Below, in pieces: positions 25,313 through 32,410 of a stretch of 32,410 nt of DNA. Every line of letters begins with the position of its first letter. The stretch's first letter is position 1. A program made the position numbers and the translations under genes. The stretch lies in assembly GCA_052387475.1 (NCBI GenBank), contig JBQTJD010000835.1, positions 1-32,410 of the forward strand. Direction: 5' to 3'. A model generated the notes under the pieces. The model was given only the letters and a program-made list of their open reading frames with translations. It was not told the origin of the DNA and did not search any database. The DNA is from Anaerolineales bacterium. Lineage in GTDB: Bacteria; Chloroflexota; Anaerolineae; Anaerolineales; UBA6663.

Positions 25313-25812
25313 TCACGCGCGTGGCAATTGATTGAACATTTCCAAACATGCCCGCTCACAGCGGCGACAGGCCTGAGCGCAAAGCTCGCAATGCTGGTGA
25401 TGACTATGCCGCTCGTATTCTACGGCACAGGCCTGGCAGGCCACAATACACGCTTGCAACTGGTTGTAGAGCAAACCCCACTCAGGCTCGGTGGGCCGCG
25501 CCAACACCCGCCCGGTAGCGATGCAGACATCCGCGCAGTTGAGATTGATGCGGATGCAACTGACCAACTGTTGGATGTCATGCTCACTCAAACAGGCGTC
25601 GGCGCAGGCCGTGCATGCTTGTGCGCAATCAAAACATTCACGAATGCAGGCCGCAAACATTTCTTTATTAGACTCTACCCAAAATAAGGTGTCTATGTGC
25701 AAAACACCTTATTTTGCAGTCTTCTCACGGCTTTGTGAACTTATTTTGAGTAGAGTCTATTGATCAATCCCGAATTGGGATGGGTTTGCAACATCTCTTT
25801 TGCGATGCTCAT
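25313..25812 (-). pseudogene. Four-helix-bundle Cys-rich copper/metal-binding protein (DUF326 family) interrupted near its 5' end by an 89-bp element. The residual ORF is 25313-25660.
   Basis: The C-terminal part is MFAACIRECFDCAQACTACADACLSE... with repeated CxxxC motifs. A 23-codon fragment, MSIAKEMLQTHPNSGLIN-RLYSK* (25741-25812, AAGGAG Shine-Dalgarno), carries the family-typical N-terminus. Removing 25670-25758 plus one ATT joins the two parts in frame. Confidence 0.7.
25670..25758. mobile_element. MITE-like 89-bp element with 19-bp terminal inverted repeats and a 3-bp ATT duplication
   Basis: The terminal repeats AGACTCTACCCAAAATAAG and CTTATTTTGAGTAGAGTCT match at 18 of 19 positions. 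ATT flanks both ends (25667-25669 and 25759-25761). An internal 13-bp perfect inverted repeat spans 25680-25692 and 25704-25716. The element is AT-rich relative to the genome. Confidence 0.7.
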
Positions 25813-25847
25813 GGGTTGCTCCTTATCGGTGTTCATAGCTGCGCGGG

Positions 25848-28400
25848 TCAAGGCCGCCACACCCAGGGCGCGTCGTAGGCCGGATTGTTGGTGAGCCGCA
25901 CTGCCACGCCCAAGCGCACGTCGAAGACGTAAATCTCGTAATTGCCATCGCGATCACTGGCGAAAGCCAGTTGTGCGCCATCCGGCGACCAGACCAGACA
26001 GCACTCGGTGGCAGGTGTATTGGTGAGACGGGTGGCGCTCGACCCGTCCGGGTTCATCACATACACTTCGGGGTTGCCGTCGCGATTGGAGATAAAGGCG
26101 ATTTGTGAACCGTTGGGCGAGAACACGGGATTAGTGTCCAGCGCCGAGTTATCCGTCAGGCGGGCCGGCCCGCTACTATCTGCGTTGATGGCGTAAATTT
26201 CACCATTCCCGTTTTGATCGGAGACATAGACGAGGCGAGCGCCATCCGGCGACCATGTCATGGGTGAGGACAACGCCGCAGCCAGACGCTGGGAGTTTGA
26301 GCCATCCGCATTCATCCGATGGATCCCAACGCCATCCAGAACATAGCCAATCAGTGTGCCCAGCGGCGACCAGGCCGGGCAGCATTCGCTGGCCGGCGTG
26401 TTGGTCAGGCGGCGCAAATCCGACCCATTGGCCGCCATCGCGTATACATCGGGGTTGCCGTCGCGTTCCGAGATAAACGCCAAACGGGCGCCATCCGCCG
26501 ACCACGTTGCGCTCGTGTCACGGGCTGCATGATTCGTCAAACGCGTCTGGCCGGTCCCATCGATATTCATCATATAGATTTCACTGTTGCCATCACGCAG
26601 ACTATCGAATGCCATACGATTGGTGGCTGACGCCCAGACCAGGCGGGTATCGTCGGCGGTGTTATTAGTGAGGCGCAACTCCGCCCGACTGTCGCCGCGC
26701 ATCAAATAAAGCTCCAGATTGCCATCACGGTTTGATTCGAATGCAATCCAACCGTTGACAGTGATGGGCGGAGGAGAAACGGCCGTCGAAGGGATGACCG
26801 TCGCCGTGGGTAGCGGCGGGGTTGTAATCGTCGGCAGCGGCGCCGTAGCCGTTGCGGGCGGCAGAGTCAGGCTGGGCGCCGGCGTAGGAGGTGGGGATGT
26901 CGCTGTCGGTGGAATTGCGGTGGGCGTCGGCAATCGGCCCGGGTCGGGGTCCACATTGTCCAGCAGGCCGTCGCCATCGGTGTCCGGGTTGATGGGGCTG
27001 GTGTTGAACTGAAACACCTCCTGACCATCGCTGAGCGTATCGCCATCGCTATCAGCCACCAGCGGGTTAGCGCCAGCCCGCTGCTCAGCCCCATCCAGCA
27101 AACCATCGGCATCGGTATCGGGCAACGCCGGGTTGGTTCCCAACCGCAACTCGTCTGCGTCACTCAATCCATCACCATCGCCATCCGCCGGCGTCATCTG
27201 TACAGTCAGTGTGGCGGTCGGTGTGCGTGTCGCAAGGGTCGGCGTAATGCCTGCGCTGGCAAGGGCATACATCAGGCCGCCACATAAGCACACACCCAAT
27301 AACAACAAAACCGGGGCCAACCACAGCGGGAGGTCGCTTTTAGTGACGAGCTCCGCTTCATGTTGTTCAGCTTGTCCCGAGGCGGCCTTGATCTGCACCC
27401 AAAATGGATACGAACGCGAACTCAACGCCCACTGCATCGCTCGGGGTGTGGCGCGGATATCGACCAGAGAGGCTTCACCTTCCGGAACCGTAAACCGTTC
27501 GCCCAGGTAAGCGAACTTGAGTAGTGTATTGGGATCGGTGACCGAAACGGCGAACGTCTCGGGGGTATTTCCCTGATTTTCAATCTTTAATTGCGCCACA
27601 TCATCCGACAAAAGAACTTTCGGATGCAAGGTGCTGACGAAGTGCGAATAAGCCAGCACGGTCAATGTAAGCCGAACTTCAACGCGCTCTTCCGGTGTGT
27701 TTTGATCGGTGATTTGAAGGGTAATCGGGTAGCGACCGGCCCGCGACGCGGAAACCTGTGGAGGCTGAAAGGTCAAAGTGAATTGATGCTCCGCCCCAGG
27801 GGGCGCGGTCACAGTGGGCGGGAGCGCGCCAGCCCAGGTTGGTGGCAAGCCTAGCAGTCCGACGACAAAATGACCCGTGTCCATCCCGCGATTCAACAAA
27901 GTTACGACAACGTCGGCGCTCTTGCCTGGCATGACGGCCAATTGAGCTGCTTCGACGTAGACGCCAAAACTTTTACCGGGGCTAAACTGCATCAGTTCGG
28001 GTTGAATGGAGGGCTGACTGGGCCGAGCTTGCTTCCCAATCTCAATCGGCGCGCTGCCCCCATCAACCGATTGCAGTTGCAGCCAGTTCTCACCAATACG
28101 CAAAGCCGTCGTGGTAGGCCAGTCCGCAGGCACACCGGGATGCAATCGTGCCTCGCCCAAATAAGTGCCCCCAGCGCTATTCAAATCGATGACACGATAG
28201 TGGTCATCTTCCTGCTCAATACGGGCGTGATAGTCGGAAACGCGTGGGTCGTCGAGCACAATGTCATTATCGGATTTGCGCCCGACCGTGAGTCCGGTTT
28301 TCCGCACCGGCACAATGCGTTCGTCTTGGCCAGCGGTCAGGATTTGGATTTGAAATGCATTATTTGTGTTGGACGAAGGATGGAAATTGCGGGTGGTCAT
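25848..28400 (-). CDS. Multidomain membrane protein: N-terminal FHA domain, TM segment, thrombospondin type-3-like Ca-binding repeats, PT-rich linker, and PD40/TolB-like beta-propeller repeats
   Basis: - FHA: LTVGRKSDNDIVLDDPRVSDYHARIE...YRVIDLNSAGGTYL.
- TM: LWLAPVLLLLGVCLCGGLMYAL.
- DxDxDG repeats: DGDGLSDADE, DTDADGLLD, DSDGDTLSDG, DTDGDGLLD.
- PD40: repeated RDGNxExY...RLTN units. Confidence 0.8.
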   Translation of the reverse strand: MTTRNFHPSSNTNNAFQIQILTAGQDERIVPVRKTGLTVGRKSDNDIVLDDPRVSDYHARIEQEDDHYRVIDLNSAGGTYLGEARLHPGVPADWPTTTALRIGENWLQLQSVDGGSAPIEIGKQARPSQPSIQPELMQFSPGKSFGVYVEAAQLAVMPGKSADVVVTLLNRGMDTGHFVVGLLGLPPTWAGALPPTVTAPPGAEHQFTLTFQPPQVSASRAGRYPITLQITDQNTPEERVEVRLTLTVLAYSHFVSTLHPKVLLSDDVAQLKIENQGNTPETFAVSVTDPNTLLKFAYLGERFTVPEGEASLVDIRATPRAMQWALSSRSYPFWVQIKAASGQAEQHEAELVTKSDLPLWLAPVLLLLGVCLCGGLMYALASAGITPTLATRTPTATLTVQMTPADGDGDGLSDADELRLGTNPALPDTDADGLLDGAEQRAGANPLVADSDGDTLSDGQEVFQFNTSPINPDTDGDGLLDNVDPDPGRLPTPTAIPPTATSPPPTPAPSLTLPPATATAPLPTITTPPLPTATVIPSTAVSPPPITVNGWIAFESNRDGNLELYLMRGDSRAELRLTNNTADDTRLVWASATNRMAFDSLRDGNSEIYMMNIDGTGQTRLTNHAARDTSATWSADGARLAFISERDGNPDVYAMAANGSDLRRLTNTPASECCPAWSPLGTLIGYVLDGVGIHRMNADGSNSQRLAAALSSPMTWSPDGARLVYVSDQNGNGEIYAINADSSGPARLTDNSALDTNPVFSPNGSQIAFISNRDGNPEVYVMNPDGSSATRLTNTPATECCLVWSPDGAQLAFASDRDGNYEIYVFDVRLGVAVRLTNNPAYDAPWVWRP

Positions 28401-28594
28401 TGTTAATCATCCTCAACCGAAAAAGTCGAGAACTGGAAACACGGTCGGACCGGACAACGCAAAGTATGCATCCGGTTAATGGCTCTTTATGTACTTTAGC
28501 TGTCGCCAAGGTTTGGCGCTATCGGCAGTACGGCTTGCTGTATGTCAGCGAAGGATTACAGGTCTATCGGCGTGGAACTGACGGAGGATAGTCT

Positions 28595-29749
28595 TTACTT
28601 GCTTTCGCCGTTGACCGGCACAACAGGTTTGTCAATCAAACCAAGTTTGGCCAGCACCTTGTGCTTGACCTGGCTGTCATAGACCAGCCACTTCCGGTCT
28701 CGAAATTCATCGCCATGATCACCGGCCAAAAATTCCACCGGGATTTCAAACGCACCGGCGGCCAGCTTGCCGCCGCCGAAGTAGCGACCCGCGGCATTCT
28801 TCCCGAATACCGTTTTGATAAATTCGTCCGGGTCAAGCGTGATCTTCGAAGTGCGCAGCGACCCGATCAGGCTCTCCTCGCCTCGCTCACCGACGACGAG
28901 GCCATAGACGATGGCCGTATGCACGTTCTCTTCGGTAATCAAAAAGTCGGCCGCCTGCGGGATGGCATCCCGGTCTTCAGCCCGCAAATAGCCGATGCCC
29001 GCAATTGAAAAACTTTCCACCGCCATGCGGTTGCCCAAAGCGCGCCGAATGACTTCCATTGTCTGCTTTGAACGTGCTTGCTGCACGATCTGTTTGAGAA
29101 GCGCCGCATCCCGAAACTGACTGAGAAAGGCAACAGCCTGAAAATCTTCGGCGCCGGCGTGGATCAGGCCATCGGTGTCGGTGAGGATGCCGTGCATCAG
29201 GGCGGTGGCGGCCAGCACGTGATCCTTGCGGCTTTTGTCCAACGCTACAACATCCCCGCGCTCGAGGTATTCTGCGTAGAGGGTCGCCGTCGCGCCAACG
29301 CGGCGAATGTCTGTGAATTCAGCCCGCAGGCGATTTTGCGGCTCGTGATGATCGACGATGATGATGGGTGGGATCTGCGCCGCTTCGACTGCGTGAACCA
29401 ACCCATCGGCGGCAGCGCCCTGATTATCCAAAAACACCGCGCCGGCGTATCCGTCAAGGGTCAATCCTTCTGAGTAGGGAGTCAGTTCAATGCCCAACAG
29501 TTTGACGAGCGCGATGTTTTGCGGATGACTGAGCCGGCCCCCGTGAACGATATCGGCTGTGATACCGAAGGCCGCGCTCAACAGCCGATGGGCAAAGGCG
29601 GACGACAGTGCGTCCGGGTCGGGAAAACTATGCAGCACGATGAGGTGGCGCTCATCGCGGTGAGAGCCAAGCACATCGGCCAACGATCGGGATGAGGCCG
29701 GCTGAACCGCTGTGCTTGGTTCGGCGATGGAAGCGTTCAAAACGTCCAC
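28595..29749 (-). CDS. DHH-family phosphoesterase (NrnA-like, DHH plus DHHA1-like)
   Basis: The motifs LIVLHSFPDPDALSSAFA (DHH motif I/II region), IIVDHHEP (DHH motif) and a C-terminal GGGKLAAGAFE (GGGH-like) are present. A GTG start lies 3 nt after the upstream stop. Confidence 0.7.
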   Translation of the reverse strand: MDVLNASIAEPSTAVQPASSRSLADVLGSHRDERHLIVLHSFPDPDALSSAFAHRLLSAAFGITADIVHGGRLSHPQNIALVKLLGIELTPYSEGLTLDGYAGAVFLDNQGAAADGLVHAVEAAQIPPIIIVDHHEPQNRLRAEFTDIRRVGATATLYAEYLERGDVVALDKSRKDHVLAATALMHGILTDTDGLIHAGAEDFQAVAFLSQFRDAALLKQIVQQARSKQTMEVIRRALGNRMAVESFSIAGIGYLRAEDRDAIPQAADFLITEENVHTAIVYGLVVGERGEESLIGSLRTSKITLDPDEFIKTVFGKNAAGRYFGGGKLAAGAFEIPVEFLAGDHGDEFRDRKWLVYDSQVKHKVLAKLGLIDKPVVPVNGESK

Positions 29750-29752
29750 CTT

Positions 29753-29986
29753 TCAAGCGCGATCCTGCATGGCCGGTTCACCAGTATGCCGGGCGCAGGA
29801 GGCGCAGCAATAGAATTGGCCGTCGCTCTCCATGCCATGTCCAATAATCTTGCAGCCACAGTGCGTGCAGACCGGAGCCAAGGCATGGATCGCACACTCA
29901 AAACAATCAAACGTATGCGCCTCCTGCCCGACGACGACTTGGAAGGCTTTATCGTAGACGTTGCCGCAGACTTCGCATTTGTTCAT
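29753..29986 (-). CDS. Small Cys-rich metal-binding protein (SmtA/metallothionein-like C-terminal half)
   Basis: MNKCEVCGN...FDCFECAIHALAPVCTHCGCKIIGHG...GQFYCCASCARH contains 11 Cys in 77 aa. The segment FYCCASCARH resembles the YYCSEACAxGH of bacterial SmtA. The ATG at 29986 is preferred over 30061. Confidence 0.5.
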   Translation of the reverse strand: MNKCEVCGNVYDKAFQVVVGQEAHTFDCFECAIHALAPVCTHCGCKIIGHGMESDGQFYCCASCARHTGEPAMQDRA

Positions 29987-30325
29987 AGTAGTCCCGTCCT
30001 GATTAGATCGGTATTCAAGTTGATCGATGGAAGGCCTGACAAGTCTAAATAGAATACTCAAGCGCCATAATTACATCCATCGGTTTACTTTTAGATCTGC
30101 TGTAGGCGCATGCCTGCTGCCACTGTGGTTGTCTGTCCTACATTGCGGATTAAGTCGATCGAATATGAATACACAGAATGGCAAATATGCCTTCATCTGT
30201 ATCCCGGTCTATAGACGAACGAAATTGCTTTGCGCTATGGTAGAAGCCAACGAAAGTCACATTCGCGTCCAGCGGGCTTTCGAATTCTCGCTAGGTGCGG
30301 TGGGTGTGCCGCACAAGGAGTCATC

Positions 30326-30775
30326 ATGTCCTTACCGTCTGAACCAGTGGATCGGCACGAAGAAGTGGTAGAGCGCCAGCAAGCCGGCTACGCCGAACGG
30401 GAAGCGGTAGTCGTCGATGAAGTGGCGGGACGCCGCGCCGGCTTGTCGCGGGTGACGCAATTGATTTGGCTGCTGGCCGGTTTGCTTGAAGCGTTGCTCG
30501 CGCTGCGGCTGTTTATGCGTCTCATCGCCGTCAACCCGGATGCGCCCTTCGCGCAATTGGTATATGGCTTCACCGCACCGTTCTTGCTTCCGTTTCAAAG
30601 TCTGATTGGGACGCCGAGCGTCGGCGATGCGGCCTTGGAGATCACGACGATCTTTGCGATGATCGTCTATGCGCTCATCGCCTGGGCGCTTGCCGCACTC
30701 TTCAATGTGCTGTTTGCTCGGTCGTATGCCACCAGCCGCACCGTGCATCGACGCATCGACACGGATATTCGCTAG
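30326..30775 (+). CDS. YggT-like small membrane protein
   Basis: The ATG at 30326 has an AAGGAG Shine-Dalgarno. Two TM helices flank NPDAPFAQLVYGFTAPFLLPF, which is similar to the YggT repeat (..np....i..lTePlL.P..). Confidence 0.5.
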   Translation: MSLPSEPVDRHEEVVERQQAGYAEREAVVVDEVAGRRAGLSRVTQLIWLLAGLLEALLALRLFMRLIAVNPDAPFAQLVYGFTAPFLLPFQSLIGTPSVGDAALEITTIFAMIVYALIAWALAALFNVLFARSYATSRTVHRRIDTDIR

Positions 30776-30834
30776 CTGCTGACCGGTTTTGACTGTAATA
30801 TCGCTACGATTATCGCGGGCGGTAGTAACACAGC

Positions 30835-30886
30835 AACACTTCAAGAGCATTGGCATTGCGCAATCTATGCCAAGTCTTGAAGTGTT
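30835..30886 (+). terminator. Candidate intrinsic terminator after the YggT-like gene
   Basis: AACACTTCAAGA...TCTTGAAGTGTT is a 12-bp perfect inverted repeat. It is extended by TTGGCAT/ATGCCAA and followed by TGCTTTAA. Confidence 0.4.
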
Positions 30887-31095
30887 TGCTTTAACTTAAG
30901 TCAGTTCGCGATAAAGCTCTTCGCCCGCGTCCTTGCAGGTTGTGGAGCATCGGCGCCACTGTGACAATTGTTATCCCAAACGTATTTGCTTTACTAACTC
31001 ACCTACGCAGCGGTGCGTATCACTCCGAGCGTAGCGTTCATTTGCAGAACGCGGAGTCTCTGGGTCTGGCGCAGATTTTAGTTGGTTCACAGCCT

Positions 31096-31174
31096 GTCGT
31101 TCCCGCGAAAGCGTCCCCAGGAAAAGCCTGGGGTTGAATCCAACGGCTTAGACACGCGCTTTCGCGGGTATGAC
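31096..31174. repeat. Palindromic REP/MITE-like element or structured RNA
   Basis: CCCGCGAAAGCG (31102-31113) pairs with CGCTTTCGCGGG (31157-31168), and the repeat extends to 18 bp with 2 mismatches. An inner hairpin pairs CCCCAGG with CCTGGGG (31115-31133). Confidence 0.4.
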
Positions 31175-31261
31175 AATTACCGTAATCAAAAGAAATTCGC
31201 GCTAAAGCGAGATTCCTCACCGCAAAACAGGCCGTATTACGAATGGTGTGGGGTGACTTTT

Positions 31262-31327
31262 GGTGACTGTCACTGGGCGACATGGACGCGGAAGTTCCAG
31301 TCGCTTTATTGCCCAGTGACAGTCACC
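31262..31327. repeat. Perfect 17-bp inverted repeat immediately 3' of the response-regulator gene
   Basis: GGTGACTGTCACTGGGC-32 nt-GCCCAGTGACAGTCACC, with an inner GCGAC/GTCGC extension. No canonical U-tract follows in the minus-strand direction. Confidence 0.5.
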
Positions 31328-31335
31328 TCTGCGTG

Positions 31336-31725
31336 TTACACCGGGTCTTGCAGCAATTGTTCTACAGCAGAAGGCAATTGCTCAAATTGGCTCGACTTAT
31401 CGAAGAAGTAAGCCGCGCCGGCTTTCATACACTCTGCTCGATACTGAGGCGTATCGTAGTTGGTCAGCATGATGACGGAGGAATTTGTATCCTGCTTGCG
31501 AATACGTTTGAGCACATCAATGCCGTTCTTCAAACCTGGCACGCCCGGCACACTAATATCTAATACTGCGACCCGCGGTCGATGCTGTTCAAACAACGAC
31601 CAAGCGGAAGCTGCATCTTGAGCTTCAAAAACTTCGTCAATGCCTTCAATTTCCCAAATTAAATTGACGATTCGCTCACGCACCAAGGCGACATCTTCCA
31701 GAACTAGGATGCTCATCTTTGTCAT
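31336..31725 (-). CDS. Single-domain response regulator (CheY-like receiver)
   Basis: It contains ILVLEDV...VAVLDISVPG (phospho-acceptor Asp context) and VIMLT...K. At 129 aa it has no output domain. Confidence 0.85.
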   Translation of the reverse strand: MTKMSILVLEDVALVRERIVNLIWEIEGIDEVFEAQDAASAWSLFEQHRPRVAVLDISVPGVPGLKNGIDVLKRIRKQDTNSSVIMLTNYDTPQYRAECMKAGAAYFFDKSSQFEQLPSAVEQLLQDPV

Positions 31726-31855
31726 TATATAAACTCCGCTTCAAATTCGCTATCAGACTGCGCCCAAGAACGTGTCAGCAAAGGTACTAGAAAGAGTGTC
31801 CCGCCTGCTGTCATACATAAAAGGACGCCAAGAATTGCATTATGACTAGCAATTG

Positions 31856-32410
31856 TTAAGTCGGGGTTTCAATCGGCTTTGCTTTTCCCGTTTCTGTTAC
31901 CGTACCAGTAAGTGGCAAGGTTAACTTCACGACGGTGCCCTGACCGGCTACACCTACAATGTCCAATGATCCCCCAACGTTATTGGCGCGTTCGCGCATT
32001 CCAAGCAGGCCCAATGAATTCGACAATACATCTGGATCAAGGGCGAAGCCGCGCCCGTTGTCACGGATTTGCATGACGAAGCGTTCGGCCTCAGTCTCAA
32101 CGCGCACCTGCACCTCGGTGGCCCGCGCATGCCGCACCACATTGGTGAGCGCTTCCTGTAAGATGCGATAGGCGGAGGTGGCTGCTTCTGGCGTAATGGC
32201 AAGCGGCTCGGCCTCGTCGGTGAGGAGGCGACAGGCCAGGCCGGTGCGTTGCTCAAAATCGCGCAGTTGCCAATCGATGGCCGCCTCCAGGCCCAGATCG
32301 TCCAATGCGCCGGGCCGCAAATCGGCGGAGATTTGGCGCACTTCTTTGATGGTGTCATCCACCAGACGACTGGCGCGCTTGAGTTCCTCGACAACGGGCG
32401 ACGCCGGCCC
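31856..32410 (-). CDS. Sensor histidine kinase, HisKA_3/HATPase_c type (C-terminal part; the 5' end lies outside the window)
   Basis: The motifs DLRPGALDDLGLEAAI, EALTNVVRHA (N-box), DNGRGF (G1) and GLLGMRERA...GG are present. The frame stays open to the window end (..GPASPVVEELKRASRLVDDTIKEV). Confidence 0.8.
   Translation of the reverse strand, partial: GPASPVVEELKRASRLVDDTIKEVRQISADLRPGALDDLGLEAAIDWQLRDFEQRTGLACRLLTDEAEPLAITPEAATSAYRILQEALTNVVRHARATEVQVRVETEAERFVMQIRDNGRGFALDPDVLSNSLGLLGMRERANNVGGSLDIVGVAGQGTVVKLTLPLTGTVTETGKAKPIETPT

Noticed and set aside
25661-25702. The TTG start at 25702 for the DUF326 gene (MHIDTLFWVESNKE...).
   Set aside because: These codons lie inside the inserted 89-bp element and have no homology to the family N-terminus. 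The authentic N-terminus is the separated fragment at 25741-25812.
31127-31143. GGGGTTGAATCCAAC resembles a tRNA T-arm (GGTTCGAATCC).
   Set aside because: The flanking bases do not form a T-stem, and no acceptor, D or anticodon arms can be drawn. It is not a tRNA, and in particular it is not a selC candidate.
1-32410. Search for CRISPR arrays, rRNA genes, tRNA genes, integrases or transposases.
   Set aside because: I found no regularly spaced direct repeats, no rRNA-like or cloverleaf sequences, and no ORF with recombinase or transposase motifs. The only mobile-element signals are the two non-autonomous MITE-like elements.

Overview
This is a high-GC (about 60%) bacterial chromosomal window. 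The protein styles (PT-rich linkers, FHA/PD40 architectures) look Chloroflexota-like, but I cannot verify the taxon. I found no rRNA, tRNA or CRISPR array.

- **1-3054 (+):** remnant of a [NiFe]-hydrogenase maturation locus. It holds the endopeptidase, hypC, a DMT transporter, a protein with a C-terminal HypC-like domain, a small frameshifted ORF and an MIase-like protein.
- **3071-11238 (+), the most unusual part:** an XRE regulator with a CxCxxCxC tail is followed by three tandem CooC-type P-loop NTPases and an FmdE-family protein.
  - Three of these four genes carry an in-frame TGA exactly at a conserved metal-ligand cysteine.
  - Each TGA is followed 12-13 nt downstream by a 7-8 bp hairpin with GUU in the apical loop, which looks like a bacterial SECIS.
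  - I interpret these as three adjacent selenocysteine-containing putative metallochaperones.
  - They are co-oriented with a family-2 SAM methyltransferase and a family-5 (nickel/peptide) ABC importer that lacks ATPase genes.
- **11239-12364:** a decayed, lower-GC scar and a chimeric ORF that fuses a histidine-kinase H-box fragment to a 5'-truncated hypE.
- **12436-15811 (-):** an AGPS-like FAD oxidase and glpD.
- **16034-24877 (-):** a GntR-controlled catabolic cluster with an isochorismatase-like hydrolase, two paralogous permeases, fdrA, a DUF1116 gene and carbamate kinase.
- **24878-25812:** two MITE-like elements. One interrupts a DUF326 Cys-rich gene, and in-silico excision restores the reading frame.
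- **25848-32410:** an FHA/TSP3/PD40 membrane protein, a DHH phosphoesterase with a small Cys-rich protein, a YggT-like protein, a hairpin-rich noncoding stretch, and a response regulator with a partial sensor kinase.
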